Positions 44,000 through 54,538 of a DNA stretch of 64,000 bases are shown piece by piece. This DNA comes from an uncultured Nitrospira sp. (GTDB taxonomy: Bacteria > Nitrospirota > Nitrospiria > Nitrospirales > Nitrospiraceae), in NCBI GenBank assembly GCA_964412445.1, contig CAYPOR010000001.1, forward strand, positions 15,586 through 79,585, in the 5' to 3' direction. Position 1 is the stretch's first letter; each line of letters opens with the position of its first letter. The notes beneath the pieces are model-generated. The model saw only the letters and a list, made by a program, of their open reading frames with translations. It ran no database searches and was not told where the DNA came from. Position numbers and translations under genes: made by a program.

Positions 44000-45016
44000 T
44001 TACCGCGACGTGGGCAACAGTGTGAGCTTCGCAGTCCGGGCAAATCCGGCCACCGTGCCGAACGTGTCGCTGACCGCCGACGCCTCGTATCCGCAATGCA
44101 CCATGCATTCGGCGCACTTTTCATTTTTACTCGTGCCGTAGTCCTGCCATTCGGTGGCATCCATCAATTCCCGGAAGGTCTTCGCATAGCCTTCCTGCAG
44201 GAGGTAACAGGGCTTCTGCCAGCCGAACACGTTGTACGTCGGATTCCCCCAGGGCGTGCACTGATATTCTTTTTTTCCCATCAGAAAATCGAGGAAGAGC
44301 GGCGACTGATTGAACTTCCACCTTGCCTTCGGCCGACTCAGGATTTTCGAGAACAGGTCTCTCGTCTTCGCCTTCTTCAGGAAATGCTGCTGATCGGGAG
44401 CCTTCTGGTAGCTGTACCCCGGCGAGATCATCATGCCCTCGACGCCCAGATCCATCATCTCGTCGAAGAACTTTCTCACACGGTCCGGATTGGCGTCGTC
44501 GAACAGCGTGGTGTTCGTCGTGACCCGATGCCCGCGCTTCAACGCCTCCTTGATCGCCTTCACTGCAATCTCGTAGACCCCGTCCCGGCAGACCGCGAGG
44601 TCGTGCTCATTCTTCAGCCCGTCCATGTGGACACTGAAGGTCAGATACTTCGACGGTGTGAATTCCTTGAGTTTCCGCTCCAACAGAATGGCGTTCGTGC
44701 AGACGTACAGATAGCGTTTTTGCGCCACCAACCCGTCGACGATCCGCCCGATTTCCGGATGGATCAGGGGTTCGCCGCCGGGGATCGCCACAATGGGGGC
44801 GCCGCATTCCTCAGCCGCGGCCCAGCATTGCTCGGGCGTCAATCGCTTATCGAGAATGTGGTCGGGATATTGAATCTTCCCGCAGCCGGCGCAGGCCAGA
44901 TTGCAGCGAAAGAGCGGCTCCAGCATCAAGACCAGCGGATAGCGCTTGATTCCCCGGAGTTTCCGACTCAGCACATACGACGCAACTGTATACATTTGGG
45001 AAACCGGAACGGCCAT
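44000..45016 (-). CDS. hpnH: Adenosyl-hopene transferase HpnH (radical SAM)
   Basis: YPLVLMLEPLFRCNLACAGCGKIQYP, GGEPL, YLCTN-like VCTNA, CTPWGNPT..VFGWQKPCYLL, C..CMVHCGYE. Confidence 0.93.
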   Translation of the reverse strand: MAVPVSQMYTVASYVLSRKLRGIKRYPLVLMLEPLFRCNLACAGCGKIQYPDHILDKRLTPEQCWAAAEECGAPIVAIPGGEPLIHPEIGRIVDGLVAQKRYLYVCTNAILLERKLKEFTPSKYLTFSVHMDGLKNEHDLAVCRDGVYEIAVKAIKEALKRGHRVTTNTTLFDDANPDRVRKFFDEMMDLGVEGMMISPGYSYQKAPDQQHFLKKAKTRDLFSKILSRPKARWKFNQSPLFLDFLMGKKEYQCTPWGNPTYNVFGWQKPCYLLQEGYAKTFRELMDATEWQDYGTSKNEKCAECMVHCGYEASAVSDTFGTVAGFARTAKLTLLPTSR

Positions 45017-45095
45017 TTCCCACTCCTTCCGACGAAGTTATATGGTGACGGCTGCTGATCGCAGCCGGGCATGGAAGCATTCAGAAATCCGGCGA

Positions 45096-45124
45096 ATTTT
45101 AGCACCTGCCCCAGACCTCGTCAA
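45096..45124 (-). promoter_or_regulatory. Sigma70 promoter of hpnH
   Basis: TTGACG-N17-TAAAAT with TG extension. Confidence 0.65.
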
Positions 45125-45259
45125 TTTCAGCGCAACCGGATCACGACTCCTGCAACGCTCCGGTCATGCGATCGCAATCGTGATCGGATAGCCACACCCG
45201 TCGCGCACAGGATCTCAACAGGCTCTGACTCTTGGCGAGAAAACAGGGCGGCAGGAAAT

Positions 45260-45334
45260 TGGAGGCGCCGGGCGGGTTCGAACCGCCGCATCGCAGTTTT
45301 GCAGACTGCTCCCTTACCACTTGGGTACGGCGCC
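45260..45334 (-). tRNA. tRNA-Cys(GCA)
   Basis: GGCGCCGTACCCAAGTGGTAAGGGAGCAGTCTGCAAAACTGCGATGCGGCGGTTCGAACCCGCCCGGCGCCTCCA, 75-nt cloverleaf with CCA. Confidence 0.97.
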
Positions 45335-45348
45335 TCGCGAAGGTGCGC

Positions 45349-45378
45349 ATTATAGCGGCCCTTGATCTCGTATCTCAA
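45349..45378 (-). promoter_or_regulatory. Sigma70 promoter of tRNA-Cys
   Basis: TTGAGA-N18-TATAAT followed by a GC-rich discriminator (GCGCAC). Confidence 0.6.
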
Positions 45379-45426
45379 CAGCCGTTTGATGGGATAGCGC
45401 GTTGCCGGGGCAGACGGACAATTGCC

Positions 45427-46608
45427 CTAGATGTTCGGAAGAACGGGAATCTCTTTGCCCAGCGTGGTCGATTGCGAGGGATCCGGCCCCAACGTCTCCC
45501 ATCCCTCGTGAGAAGAAGCAGCGACTTCCCCGTTTCCCTCGGCTTCTTTCTCTTTCGCGAGAATCTCGACCTCTTCGATCAGCGTATCCATCAGCTCTTC
45601 GATAGGAACTTTGCGGACGAGCTTGCCCTTCTTGAACAGAATGCCTTTGCCCTCGCCGCCGGCCACCCCGATGTCCGCTTCTTTTCCCTCGCCGATACCG
45701 TTGACGACACAACCGAGCACCGAGACATTGAGCGGCGTTTTGATATGGCCGAGTTTCTTTTCCAGCTCGTTCGCCATCTTCACGACATCGATCTCGACAC
45801 GCCCGCAGGTCGGGCAGGCAATCACATTGATTCCGCGATGGCGCAACTCCAGCGATTTCAAAATCTCAAAACCGACTTTTACTTCTTCGACAGGGTCCGC
45901 CGCGAGGGACACCCGCAGCGTGTCACCGATCCCCTGGGAGAGCAAGTAGCCGAGCCCCATCGCCGATTTGACGGCTCCGGTCATCGCCGTCCCGGCTTCG
46001 GTGATCCCGATATGGAGGGGATAATCGGACTGCATGGCAAAAAGATAGTACGCATCAATCGCATGATGCACATCGGAGGCTTTCAGCGACACCTTCATAT
46101 TGGTGAAGCCGACGTCTTCCAGCGCATGCACCGCATTCAGCGCGGACTCCGCCAGCGCTTCCGGCGAAGGCCATCCGTACTTGTCAAGGAGATGCCGTTC
46201 GAGCGATCCGCCGTTCACCCCGACCCGGATAGGCACGCCGTTGTCATTCACCGCCTTGATGACTTCTTCGACTTTCCACCAGGCGCCGATGTTCCCCGGG
46301 TTGATGCGCACACAATCCACGACTTTTGCGGCTTTGAGCGCGAGCCGGTGATCGAAGTGAATGTCTGCAATAAGCGGAACGGTCATCGCCGCCTTGATTT
46401 TCGGCAGGGCGGCAGCGGCCTCGTCGTCCGGCACCGCTACACGAATCACTTCACAACCCGCCGTCTCAAGCTGGCGGATTTGCTCAACCGTCGCAGTGAC
46501 ATCGCGTGTGTCGGTCGAACACATCGACTGGACAGAAACCGGAGCGTCCCCGCCGATTTTGAGAGAGCCGACTTTGATCTGCCGGGTTTTTCGTCTGGCG
46601 ATATGCAT
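45427..46608 (-). CDS. ispG: (E)-4-hydroxy-3-methylbut-2-enyl-diphosphate synthase IspG
   Basis: RRKTRQIKVG...GG.AP.SVQSM, ADIHF, RINPGNIG, PLHIGITEAG, IGDTLRVSL, CPTCGR, GCVVNG.GE. Confidence 0.95.
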   Translation of the reverse strand: MHIARRKTRQIKVGSLKIGGDAPVSVQSMCSTDTRDVTATVEQIRQLETAGCEVIRVAVPDDEAAAALPKIKAAMTVPLIADIHFDHRLALKAAKVVDCVRINPGNIGAWWKVEEVIKAVNDNGVPIRVGVNGGSLERHLLDKYGWPSPEALAESALNAVHALEDVGFTNMKVSLKASDVHHAIDAYYLFAMQSDYPLHIGITEAGTAMTGAVKSAMGLGYLLSQGIGDTLRVSLAADPVEEVKVGFEILKSLELRHRGINVIACPTCGRVEIDVVKMANELEKKLGHIKTPLNVSVLGCVVNGIGEGKEADIGVAGGEGKGILFKKGKLVRKVPIEELMDTLIEEVEILAKEKEAEGNGEVAASSHEGWETLGPDPSQSTTLGKEIPVLPNI

Positions 46609-46620
46609 AGTGTAAGACCG

Positions 46621-48570
46621 CTAGCTCCCCTGCTCGTCTCCGTGCGGGAGATGATCCATTGAGGCGCCGACCGCAAATCTGTCGTGCTTCGTGACCGGAG
46701 CCTTCCCGACCAGCTCCTTGACGCTCTGATAAATGCCCTCGGCCGTCAGCCCGTAGCGCTCCCGCAAGAAATCCTGGGGGCCCTGCTCGATATACCAATC
46801 CGGCAGTCCCAGGACTTTCGTCGTCACGTCGGTAATGCGGGCATCGGACAGCGCCTCAAGGACGGCGGATCCGAATCCACCCATCTTGCAGCCTTCTTCG
46901 ACCGTCACCACATACCGCACCCGCTTCGCCACATCGACGATCAACTCCTGATCAAGCGGCTTGACGAATCGCGCATTCACCACGGCGGTTGAAATGCCCT
47001 CTTTGCTCAGCCGTTCCGCAGCCTGCATGGCCTGCCAGACCGACACGCCGATTGCGACGATCGCGACCTCTGATCCGTCCTTCATCAACTCGCCCTTGCC
47101 GACCGGAAGCGCCGCAGGCACGGCATCCATCTGGACACCAAGAGTCACTCCGCGCGGGTACCGGAGAGCGATGGGCCCGTCGTGTTGGATGCAGGTCTTC
47201 ATCATGTGCTGCAATTCATTTTCATCCTTCGGCGCCATCACCACCATGTTCGGAGCATGGCGCAGATAGGCGTAGTCGAAGGCTCCGTGGTGCGTCGTGC
47301 CGTCCTCGGCGACCAGCCCCCCGCGATCGAGACAAAAGACGACCGGGAGATTCTGCGTCGCCACGTCGTGCACCACCTGATCGTAGGCCCGCTGCAGGAA
47401 CGTCGAGTACATCGCGACAACCGGCTTAATGCCCTGTGTGGCAAGGCCTGCGGCAAACGTGACGGCATGCTGTTCCGCAATCCCCACATCATACAAACGA
47501 TCGGGGAATTCTTTTTCGAATCCGGTGAGACCGGTTCCTTCACACATCGCCGCCGTAATGGCAACGATCCGCTTATCCTCCCGGGCCAGCTTGACCAGGG
47601 AATCCATCGCGATTTGCGTATAGGAAGGACGGGCGGCTTTCTTCGCCGGCACGCCGGTCTCACGCACAAAGGGCGGACAGGCATGGAACCAGACTGGATT
47701 ATTGATAGCAGGCTCATACCCGAGCCCCTTCTTTGTAATCACGTGCAACAACACCGGGCCCTTCATCTTCAACACATTTTCAAGGGTCGGAAGCAAATGT
47801 TCAAAGTTATGACCATCAATCGGACCGCAATACTGGAAACCCAATTCTTCAAACAGCAGTCCCGGAAGAATCGCCCCTTTAGCAAGCTCCTCGGCCCGGC
47901 GAGCCAGCTTCTGCATATCGGCGCCGATATGGGGAATCTTCCGCAGAAGTTGGCCGGTTTCCTCCCGCATCTTCCCGTAGAATTCACCCGTGATCGTTCG
48001 GCTCAGATACGCGGAAATCGCGCCGACGTTCTTAGAGATCGACATTTGATTGTCGTTCAGGATCACCAGAAAATCCTTACCCAACCCGCCGGCATGATGC
48101 AACCCTTCCAGTGTCATCCCTGCCGTCATCGCGCCATCGCCGACTACACACACGACTTTATTCTTCTGCCCCAGTTGTTCTCGCGCTTCGACGAGCCCGA
48201 ACGCCGCCGAGACGCCGGTGCCGGCATGCCCAGCGTTGAACGAATCGTAGGCGCTTTCTTCTCTTTTGCAGAACCCGCTCAACCCGCCGTATTGACGCAA
48301 GGTATGGAACTGTTCACGGCGCCCTGTCAGCAATTTATGCGTGTAGGCCTGATTGCTGGTATCCCAGACGATCTTGTCGTCCGGTGTTTTCAGGAGATAG
48401 TGCAACGCCACCGTCAGCTCCACGACACCGAGATTCGAGGCCAGATGGCCGCCAACGCTCGAGACCGTGCTGATGATCTGCTCGCGGATTTCTTCGCACA
48501 GAGCCGGCAGCTGACTCGTCGGTACGCGCTTCAAATCAGCCGGGCTTTGAATTGTTTTTAAGATCGACAT
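46621..48570 (-). CDS. dxs: 1-deoxy-D-xylulose-5-phosphate synthase
   Basis: GGHLASNLGVVELT, HKLLTGR, AGHAGT, VGDGAMT.G, LNDN.MSIS.NVG, YCGPIDGH, DVGIAEQHAV, YSTFLQRAYDQ. Confidence 0.96.
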   Translation of the reverse strand: MSILKTIQSPADLKRVPTSQLPALCEEIREQIISTVSSVGGHLASNLGVVELTVALHYLLKTPDDKIVWDTSNQAYTHKLLTGRREQFHTLRQYGGLSGFCKREESAYDSFNAGHAGTGVSAAFGLVEAREQLGQKNKVVCVVGDGAMTAGMTLEGLHHAGGLGKDFLVILNDNQMSISKNVGAISAYLSRTITGEFYGKMREETGQLLRKIPHIGADMQKLARRAEELAKGAILPGLLFEELGFQYCGPIDGHNFEHLLPTLENVLKMKGPVLLHVITKKGLGYEPAINNPVWFHACPPFVRETGVPAKKAARPSYTQIAMDSLVKLAREDKRIVAITAAMCEGTGLTGFEKEFPDRLYDVGIAEQHAVTFAAGLATQGIKPVVAMYSTFLQRAYDQVVHDVATQNLPVVFCLDRGGLVAEDGTTHHGAFDYAYLRHAPNMVVMAPKDENELQHMMKTCIQHDGPIALRYPRGVTLGVQMDAVPAALPVGKGELMKDGSEVAIVAIGVSVWQAMQAAERLSKEGISTAVVNARFVKPLDQELIVDVAKRVRYVVTVEEGCKMGGFGSAVLEALSDARITDVTTKVLGLPDWYIEQGPQDFLRERYGLTAEGIYQSVKELVGKAPVTKHDRFAVGASMDHLPHGDEQGS

Positions 48571-48742
48571 AGGATGGTCTCCCTAAATTCGCCTTACTCT
48601 TGCCTAATTTCTGTTTGATTTCGTATCTACACTGGCCGGGGAAAACCGTGCCGCCGAAGATTGACAGATCCATACACTGTGTGCAGTTTCACATAGAGGT
48701 CATTTGGTGTCAAGAAGTTAGGTCCGGCAGTGACGTGCTGGC

Positions 48743-49768
48743 TCATGAGCCGAACTGAAACGTCACGACTGTGGACAGCGTAAAGTCGGCGGCACTCCCG
48801 ACGATGAAATCGAGATTTTCGACGGCGTACACCTGCCAGAGCAGTTGAGGACGCAGCCGATAACTAAAGCCGAGCACGCCTTCCGTCACGCCCTTATCGA
48901 ACACATGCGTGCCGGTCCCATACAGAGGCGATGAAAAGTAGTCGAAATGCCCCACGAGGGAGAAATCCTCCGACCAGAGGTACTCTACTGCAAAAACTCC
49001 TGATACGACAGGCTGCAGGCCGAATCCAGCGATTCGACCGGTCGGAATCACCCCGTTCAAATTCGCATAGACCATCCAGTCCTTGGCAATATGCTTTTCG
49101 ATGGCCAGCCCAAATCCGTAATCCGGGCTTCCGCTTCCCAAAAGGTGCGGCTCGTCTCCCGTCGGCAGTTTCAACGCGGCGCGAACAGACACCGCCGGCA
49201 GCGCATTCGTCTCGGTCAATACCTGGTACTTCCCCATCACGGAAGCATCGCCCAATCCTACGGCACCCTCCCGTGCGTTGATCACCGTTCTTCCGCCCGA
49301 TGTCACCTGGTACGCGTACCCGGTGCCTTGTAAGGCCCTTCGATCAGGCGCTAACCCGGTCGTGGCCCGTTCAACGGCCGTGATCATGCCTTCCATAATG
49401 CCCCGATACCGGTTCAGCACCGGAACTTCCACAGCCATTTCCAGCCGCTCGGTCACCCCGTACCGGAGGAAGATGCCCGACCGAATGCTTTCAAACTTCA
49501 TCGCGACGGACGCTTGAGGAGTGGAATCGGAAAAGACGTTGGCCGTATTGGCGAGCTCAACGCGCAGATCGAGCGCGCCGGGCTTCAACACCGCGGCGCG
49601 ATCACCGGGCATCCCGAGCACCAGTTGATGAAGCGGCTGGAAGTTTCTGACCGGGAACGGCCCGAACCCTTCGGCGCTTCCAAGCTGGGGATTCGCCCCT
49701 CCGGCCAACACGATGCTCACGAAAAGGAGGGCGAATAGCATCTGGCCCCGCGACATCCGACAACTCAC
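48743..49768 (-). CDS. DUF3187-like exported protein, probable outer-membrane beta barrel
   Basis: Signal peptide, GPFPVRN.QP, GLGD...GKY, LKLPTG...LGSG..D, alternating beta-strand pattern, C-terminal TFQF. 1-nt overlap with the upstream gene. Confidence 0.7.
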   Translation of the reverse strand: MSCRMSRGQMLFALLFVSIVLAGGANPQLGSAEGFGPFPVRNFQPLHQLVLGMPGDRAAVLKPGALDLRVELANTANVFSDSTPQASVAMKFESIRSGIFLRYGVTERLEMAVEVPVLNRYRGIMEGMITAVERATTGLAPDRRALQGTGYAYQVTSGGRTVINAREGAVGLGDASVMGKYQVLTETNALPAVSVRAALKLPTGDEPHLLGSGSPDYGFGLAIEKHIAKDWMVYANLNGVIPTGRIAGFGLQPVVSGVFAVEYLWSEDFSLVGHFDYFSSPLYGTGTHVFDKGVTEGVLGFSYRLRPQLLWQVYAVENLDFIVGSAADFTLSTVVTFQFGS

Positions 49769-50970
49769 TAGTAGGGGAAATCGAGACCGGCGAAAATGGC
49801 GCCGCCCTCGCGACTGAATCCGTAATCGAGACGACCCACCACATTCGGCCGTACAATGCCACGGATGCCGAGGCCCGGAGTCATCCGGTAATCTTTGACG
49901 CTGACGTCTTTGAAATTGCCGAACACTTGCCCCGTATCAAGGAACGGAGCCAATTCAAAATCCGCCATGACCCCGGCCAGCCTGGTGCGGGCGATATGGA
50001 TCCGCTCTTCAATACTCACGGCCAGCAAGTGTTTGTCGATATACCGGTCGACGCCGAATCCGCGCAAATTATTCTGGCCGCCCAGTGAACTCTGCTCGAA
50101 AAACGGAACCTGCGTGCCGATCGTGGCCTGCAGATTCGCCCGCACGACAAGAATGGCCCGCTTCGACTCGCTCGGGAAGAGCTTCTTGACCTCGAGTTCA
50201 TATCGCGAATAGACCGGGTGCTCGCTATTCCGGACATTCTGATTCAACTCCGCATAGGCGGTGATCGCCATGCCGTCAGTCGGCGTCACGAGATTATTGC
50301 GGGTGTCATAGTGAAAACTGATGCGATGCCCGACAATCATCGACTGCCCGTTGACCCCGTCGACATCCCCGAACCGCTCGCCGGTAAACGGAAGGTTGGT
50401 CGCGCCGCGCTGCAGCTGGACGTCACGAACGCGCTGCGCCAGCGCAATCTGCGTCACTTCGTTCGCGTACACGCCAAAGCGCCAGTTCGCCCGTATTTCC
50501 CGTGCCGTGTAATTGGTTTCATTGCCTTCCAAGGAGTCCTGTCCGGGGCCGAAGAACCGGGACGTGGCGTTCTTGAAAAACGATCCGCCGAACTGGAGGA
50601 AATACCGCCCGTTGCTGAAGGCGGGATCCAGATAGTTAAACACCAGCTTGCGCTCGATCTTCTCCGTAAACGAACCGATGAATTGAATTTGCCGCCCGCC
50701 CGGTTCGTATTGAAAGAAATTGAACGCGCCTCTGGTTCCGACGATCGAATTCCGAATCACCATCGGCGCCATCAGGTATTTCAGCTCTCCGTCAGGATCC
50801 GTCACCAGAATCGGCATGATCAGTCCGACGTCGTTGCCGTCGTTGCGCGTCGTCGAGACCGACGGAACGGGAATGACCTGCGTGTCGGCCCAGGCGGAAG
50901 AAAGACACACCCCTCCGCTCCCTGCCCACAGGCACACGATGGAAATAGCGAGTCGACGCAGGGAGGACAT
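49768..50970 (-). CDS. Omp85/BamA-TamA superfamily outer-membrane protein lacking POTRA domains
   Basis: Signal peptide, YDTR.N...PT.G, LGG.NNLRGF..DRY (loop-6 xRGF motif), FLD.GQV, terminal aromatic residue (DFPY). Confidence 0.8.
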   Translation of the reverse strand: MSSLRRLAISIVCLWAGSGGVCLSSAWADTQVIPVPSVSTTRNDGNDVGLIMPILVTDPDGELKYLMAPMVIRNSIVGTRGAFNFFQYEPGGRQIQFIGSFTEKIERKLVFNYLDPAFSNGRYFLQFGGSFFKNATSRFFGPGQDSLEGNETNYTAREIRANWRFGVYANEVTQIALAQRVRDVQLQRGATNLPFTGERFGDVDGVNGQSMIVGHRISFHYDTRNNLVTPTDGMAITAYAELNQNVRNSEHPVYSRYELEVKKLFPSESKRAILVVRANLQATIGTQVPFFEQSSLGGQNNLRGFGVDRYIDKHLLAVSIEERIHIARTRLAGVMADFELAPFLDTGQVFGNFKDVSVKDYRMTPGLGIRGIVRPNVVGRLDYGFSREGGAIFAGLDFPY

Positions 50971-50990
50971 GAACAGGCGCCTGAATGGTC

Positions 50991-51674
50991 TTACGGAGAC
51001 TTGAGCTTATCGGATTTTTTCCGGAGTTGATCGACGAGATCGGGGTAGGAGGACGCGCGGAGGATCTTCGTAAATTGCCCGCGGTAATTGTTGACCAGAC
51101 TCACCCCATCGACTACCACATCATACACCCGCCAGTCGGTGCCGTGATTGATGAGTCGATAGTCGAGCGGAATTTCCGTTTTTCCGGAAAGGATCTTGGT
51201 CCGCACCTCGGCATAATCTTTTTCAGTCCGTTCATTCAAGTACTGGACGCCCTCGCCGGAATAGGACTCCACTTTTTCCGCATAGGAATTGGTCAAGAGC
51301 GTTTGAAACAACGACACGAATTCCTGCTTCTCTTTGTCCGAGAGCTGATTCCACGGAGCTCCGAGCGCGCGGCGCGACATCTCCTGATAATCGAACCGCT
51401 CGGCCACCACCTTTTCCAGCAACGATCGCCGCTCTTCGGCTTTGGCCGTCTGCTTCAGTTCCTTATCGCGAATGATGCGAAGCACTTCGTCGATCGTACC
51501 CTTCATCGAATCGGTCGGAGGGCCGGCGAACGCCGGCGTGAATCCGAGCCCGAAAAACAAGCAGATCCCCATGATACCGACGACGGCCATTCGGCCGATC
51601 TGCGCTGGCAGCGATTTACCTTGCCGCAATATCAATATATTGTTCGTCACCATGCAAGACTCCTGTGTATTCAC
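50991..51674 (-). CDS. mlaC: MlaC/Ttg2D (HpnM-like) periplasmic lipid-shuttle protein
   Basis: FDY.EMSR.ALG..W, F..LF..LL..SY, P.DYRL, WRVYDVVVDGVSLV.NYR.QF. Start codon uncertain. Confidence 0.85.
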   Translation of the reverse strand: MNTQESCMVTNNILILRQGKSLPAQIGRMAVVGIMGICLFFGLGFTPAFAGPPTDSMKGTIDEVLRIIRDKELKQTAKAEERRSLLEKVVAERFDYQEMSRRALGAPWNQLSDKEKQEFVSLFQTLLTNSYAEKVESYSGEGVQYLNERTEKDYAEVRTKILSGKTEIPLDYRLINHGTDWRVYDVVVDGVSLVNNYRGQFTKILRASSYPDLVDQLRKKSDKLKSP

Positions 51675-51710
51675 ATCCTGCGATGCAATCCCCGGGGGGA
51701 GATCGATGGA

Positions 51711-52160
51711 TCAGTTGACTTTACCATGAACGTATTGGCTCACCAACTCTTCGAGGTCCAAGCCGGACTCGGTATCGCGAATGGTGTCTCCCGACTTCAA
51801 CAGGTCGCCGCCGCCGCCAGGAGACAGCGTCAGAAACTTTTCTCCGATAATCCCTCTCGTTTTGATCGATGCAATCGTATCCGTATAGAGCTTCACGCCG
51901 TTGCCGACGGCGAGCGTGACGATCGCGCGATCCTCTTTGAGGGCGATCCCCCTCACACGCCCCACCTCCACGCCGGCGATTTCGATCGCGGCTCCCGATT
52001 TCAGACCGGTCGCGGTATTGAAGAGCGCGGTCACTTCATACAGATCGCCGCCGATCACCTCCAGCTTCCCCAGCTTGATGGAGAGATAGCCCAGACACAG
52101 AATCCCGACCAGGACAAACGCACCGACCGCCAGTTCAAGCTTGGTATTTTCCATCGCCAT
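51711..52160 (-). CDS. mlaD: MlaD single-MCE-domain protein
   Basis: E..VG.FVL, F....GLK.GA.I.IAGV.VG.V, ASIKT.GIIGEKFL.LSPGG, LEELV.QYV. Confidence 0.9.
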   Translation of the reverse strand: MAMENTKLELAVGAFVLVGILCLGYLSIKLGKLEVIGGDLYEVTALFNTATGLKSGAAIEIAGVEVGRVRGIALKEDRAIVTLAVGNGVKLYTDTIASIKTRGIIGEKFLTLSPGGGGDLLKSGDTIRDTESGLDLEELVSQYVHGKVN

Positions 52161-52167
52161 ACTCCCG

Positions 52168-52926
52168 TTACGAACCCGCAGCCGCGCCGGACAGCACGAC
52201 CGGCCCGCCGACTGAAATAAATTCCTGAATCTCCGGATCTGTCGTTCGGATAAACTCAGCAGGCGGAGCCATCACCGCGATCCGTCCCTGTTTCAGGATA
52301 CCGACGTAGTCCGACAGGCCGAAAATCTCCGGAATTTCATGGCTGACCATGACCGCCGTAAATCCGAATGTCCGTTGCGTCGCCGTGATCAGCTCATGAA
52401 TGGCTTTCGCCATCAACGGATCCAGCCCCGTGGTCGGCTCATCGAACAGAACGATCTCGGGCCGCATCACCAGGGCGCGGGCCAGACCGGCACGCTTGCG
52501 CATCCCGCCGCTGAGCTCCGCCGGGAACTTATGCCCCATGCCGGCCAACCCGACCTGCTCGAGCATCTCGTCTACTCTCGCCGCCGCCTCCGGCCCTTTC
52601 ATTCGCAGCTTTTCTTTCAGCGGGAAGGCGACGTTCTCGAACACGGACATCGAGTCGAACAGCGCCGCCCCCTGAAACAACATCGCAAACCGCTTCCGCA
52701 CTTCATTCAGCGGCTGCCCGCGCAGGCGCGAGATATCGACGTCGCCGACCCAGACCTGCCCTTCATCCGGCTGAAGCAGCCCGATCATGTGCTTCAACAG
52801 CACACTCTTGCCTTCTCCGCTGCGCCCGATGATGGTCGTCAATTTTCCGGCCGGAATCGTCAGGTCGACTCCACGCAGCACGGGCTGAGTCCCCAGCGTT
52901 TTTTTCACTCCGACAAGCTTGAGCAT
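52168..52926 (-). CDS. mlaF: MlaF ABC transporter ATPase
   Basis: GRSGEGKS, MLFQGAALFDSM, ELSGGMRKRAGLARAL, LFDEPTTGLDP, VSH. Start MLKLVG at 52926. Confidence 0.9.
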   Translation of the reverse strand: MLKLVGVKKTLGTQPVLRGVDLTIPAGKLTTIIGRSGEGKSVLLKHMIGLLQPDEGQVWVGDVDISRLRGQPLNEVRKRFAMLFQGAALFDSMSVFENVAFPLKEKLRMKGPEAAARVDEMLEQVGLAGMGHKFPAELSGGMRKRAGLARALVMRPEIVLFDEPTTGLDPLMAKAIHELITATQRTFGFTAVMVSHEIPEIFGLSDYVGILKQGRIAVMAPPAEFIRTTDPEIQEFISVGGPVVLSGAAAGS

Positions 52927-52928
52927 AC

Positions 52929-53696
52929 TTACAGCAAGACCGACGTCAGAAAATAATCCCACACCAGGATCACCACCGAAGACAGCACCACCGCCTCCGT
53001 CGTGGCCGAGCCCAGGCCTTCGGCACTCATGCGCGTATAGAACCCTTTGTAGCAGCAGACCCAGCTGATGATCAGCCCGAAGCTGATCGATTTCAGAATC
53101 CCGCCGTAGATATCCTTCCACTCCACGGCCGACTCGATCGACGTCCAGTAGGATCCGGCATTGACGCCGAGCAGGTCCACACCGACCAGATAGCCGCCGT
53201 AAATCCCGACAACGTCAAAGAGCGCCACCAGCAACGGCACCCCGATCAAGCCCCCCACCACTTTCGGCGCAATAAGATACTGATGCGGATTGATGGCCAT
53301 AGTGTCGAGCGCGTCGATTTGCTCCGTAATCCGCATGATGCCGATTTCCGCGGTCATCGCCGAACCGGCCCGCGCCGTCACCATCAGCGCCGCCAGAACC
53401 GGCCCCAGTTCGCGAATCATACTCAAGGCGACCGCCGACCCGAGCAACCCTTCGGAGCCGAACTTCCGCAAGGTGTAATAGCCCTGAAGCGCGAGCACCA
53501 TGCCGGTGAATCCGGCCGTCAACACGACGACGAATGTGGATTTATACCCGATGAAATGCAGCTGTTTCACGAACTGAATGAACCGGAACGGCGGGCGCAC
53601 GAGCCATCCGAACGACGACAAAAGGAAAATGAGCATCCGGCCCATTTCCCGGACATACGTCAGCGCCACCCGCCCGATCGACGCGAGCATTGTCAT
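52929..53696 (-). CDS. mlaE: MlaE ABC transporter permease
   Basis: FTGMVLALQ, IRELGPVLAALMV.ARAGSA..AEIG.M...EQIDAL..MA..P, GLGSATT.AVV. ATGA overlap with the hpnG stop. Confidence 0.92.
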   Translation of the reverse strand: MTMLASIGRVALTYVREMGRMLIFLLSSFGWLVRPPFRFIQFVKQLHFIGYKSTFVVVLTAGFTGMVLALQGYYTLRKFGSEGLLGSAVALSMIRELGPVLAALMVTARAGSAMTAEIGIMRITEQIDALDTMAINPHQYLIAPKVVGGLIGVPLLVALFDVVGIYGGYLVGVDLLGVNAGSYWTSIESAVEWKDIYGGILKSISFGLIISWVCCYKGFYTRMSAEGLGSATTEAVVLSSVVILVWDYFLTSVLL

Positions 53697-54538
53697 GATG
53701 TCATCGCCATGGGTGAACCCGGCCTGACTGCGAAGCGGGTCTCGGCTGCGGCCCGCAGACACATTGTGAGCGACTCGGCGGCTCGTGCACTTTGCCGCCG
53801 CAACCGGGCGAGTCCCAGTACACTCGACGGATGCGCGAGCAACGCCCCTAGGCCTTTCAGCCATCCAGTGGGCCTGAGAAAGAGATTGAAGTCAAGAGGC
53901 AGTTCTTCCATCACGAGATCCGATACCGCGCGCACGATTAAGAATGGCACGCCGGCGGACCGGGCTTCGTTCGCCAGCGCGGCGCTCTCCATATCCAGCC
54001 CCGCAGCATGCGTGCGCTGAGCCAACGCCGTCTTTTCCGCAGCCCGCCACACAATGCGATCTAAGGAGATAAAGTCACCGCGGCTCGCAACACTATTGGT
54101 CAGGTTCACGTCAAGGGCGGCACACCAGCGGTCACGCTCCTGCCCCTCGACTTCCATGTAATCGAGCGCCGCCGTCGGCTCGGCCGAAACCGCCGCAACT
54201 CTGGTTCCGATCAAAATATCCCCGACGCTCGCCTGCCGCAATGCGCAGGCATACCCGCTCGAAATCGCCAGCGCGAACGACTGCTGCGCGAAAACCGCCT
54301 TCGCTGCTTCACGGGCCTTCTGCGGACCCACCCCCGTCTGAATCACCCAGCACTCGCCGGCGCCTGTTCGAACACGATACCGTGATCGCCCGTGCACCGT
54401 GTCGCTTTCTCCGCCGGGCAATGCAGCTCGCACGGCGGACGACTCCCAGATCGTAGCCACGAAAATTGCGATACCGGCAGGGGGTGAGGAAACGGAAGGC
54501 GTGGGCGGCCGCGTCGTCACAACGTGCGCGTCCGTCAA
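53693..54538 (-). CDS. hpnG: Hopanoid-associated nucleoside phosphorylase HpnG-like
   Basis: PNP/MTAN fold motifs TGVGP..A, SSGYACAL...GD, GLDMESAALA, F.IVRAVSD. Directly after shc. Confidence 0.75.
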   Translation of the reverse strand: MTDAHVVTTRPPTPSVSSPPAGIAIFVATIWESSAVRAALPGGESDTVHGRSRYRVRTGAGECWVIQTGVGPQKAREAAKAVFAQQSFALAISSGYACALRQASVGDILIGTRVAAVSAEPTAALDYMEVEGQERDRWCAALDVNLTNSVASRGDFISLDRIVWRAAEKTALAQRTHAAGLDMESAALANEARSAGVPFLIVRAVSDLVMEELPLDFNLFLRPTGWLKGLGALLAHPSSVLGLARLRRQSARAAESLTMCLRAAAETRFAVRPGSPMAMTS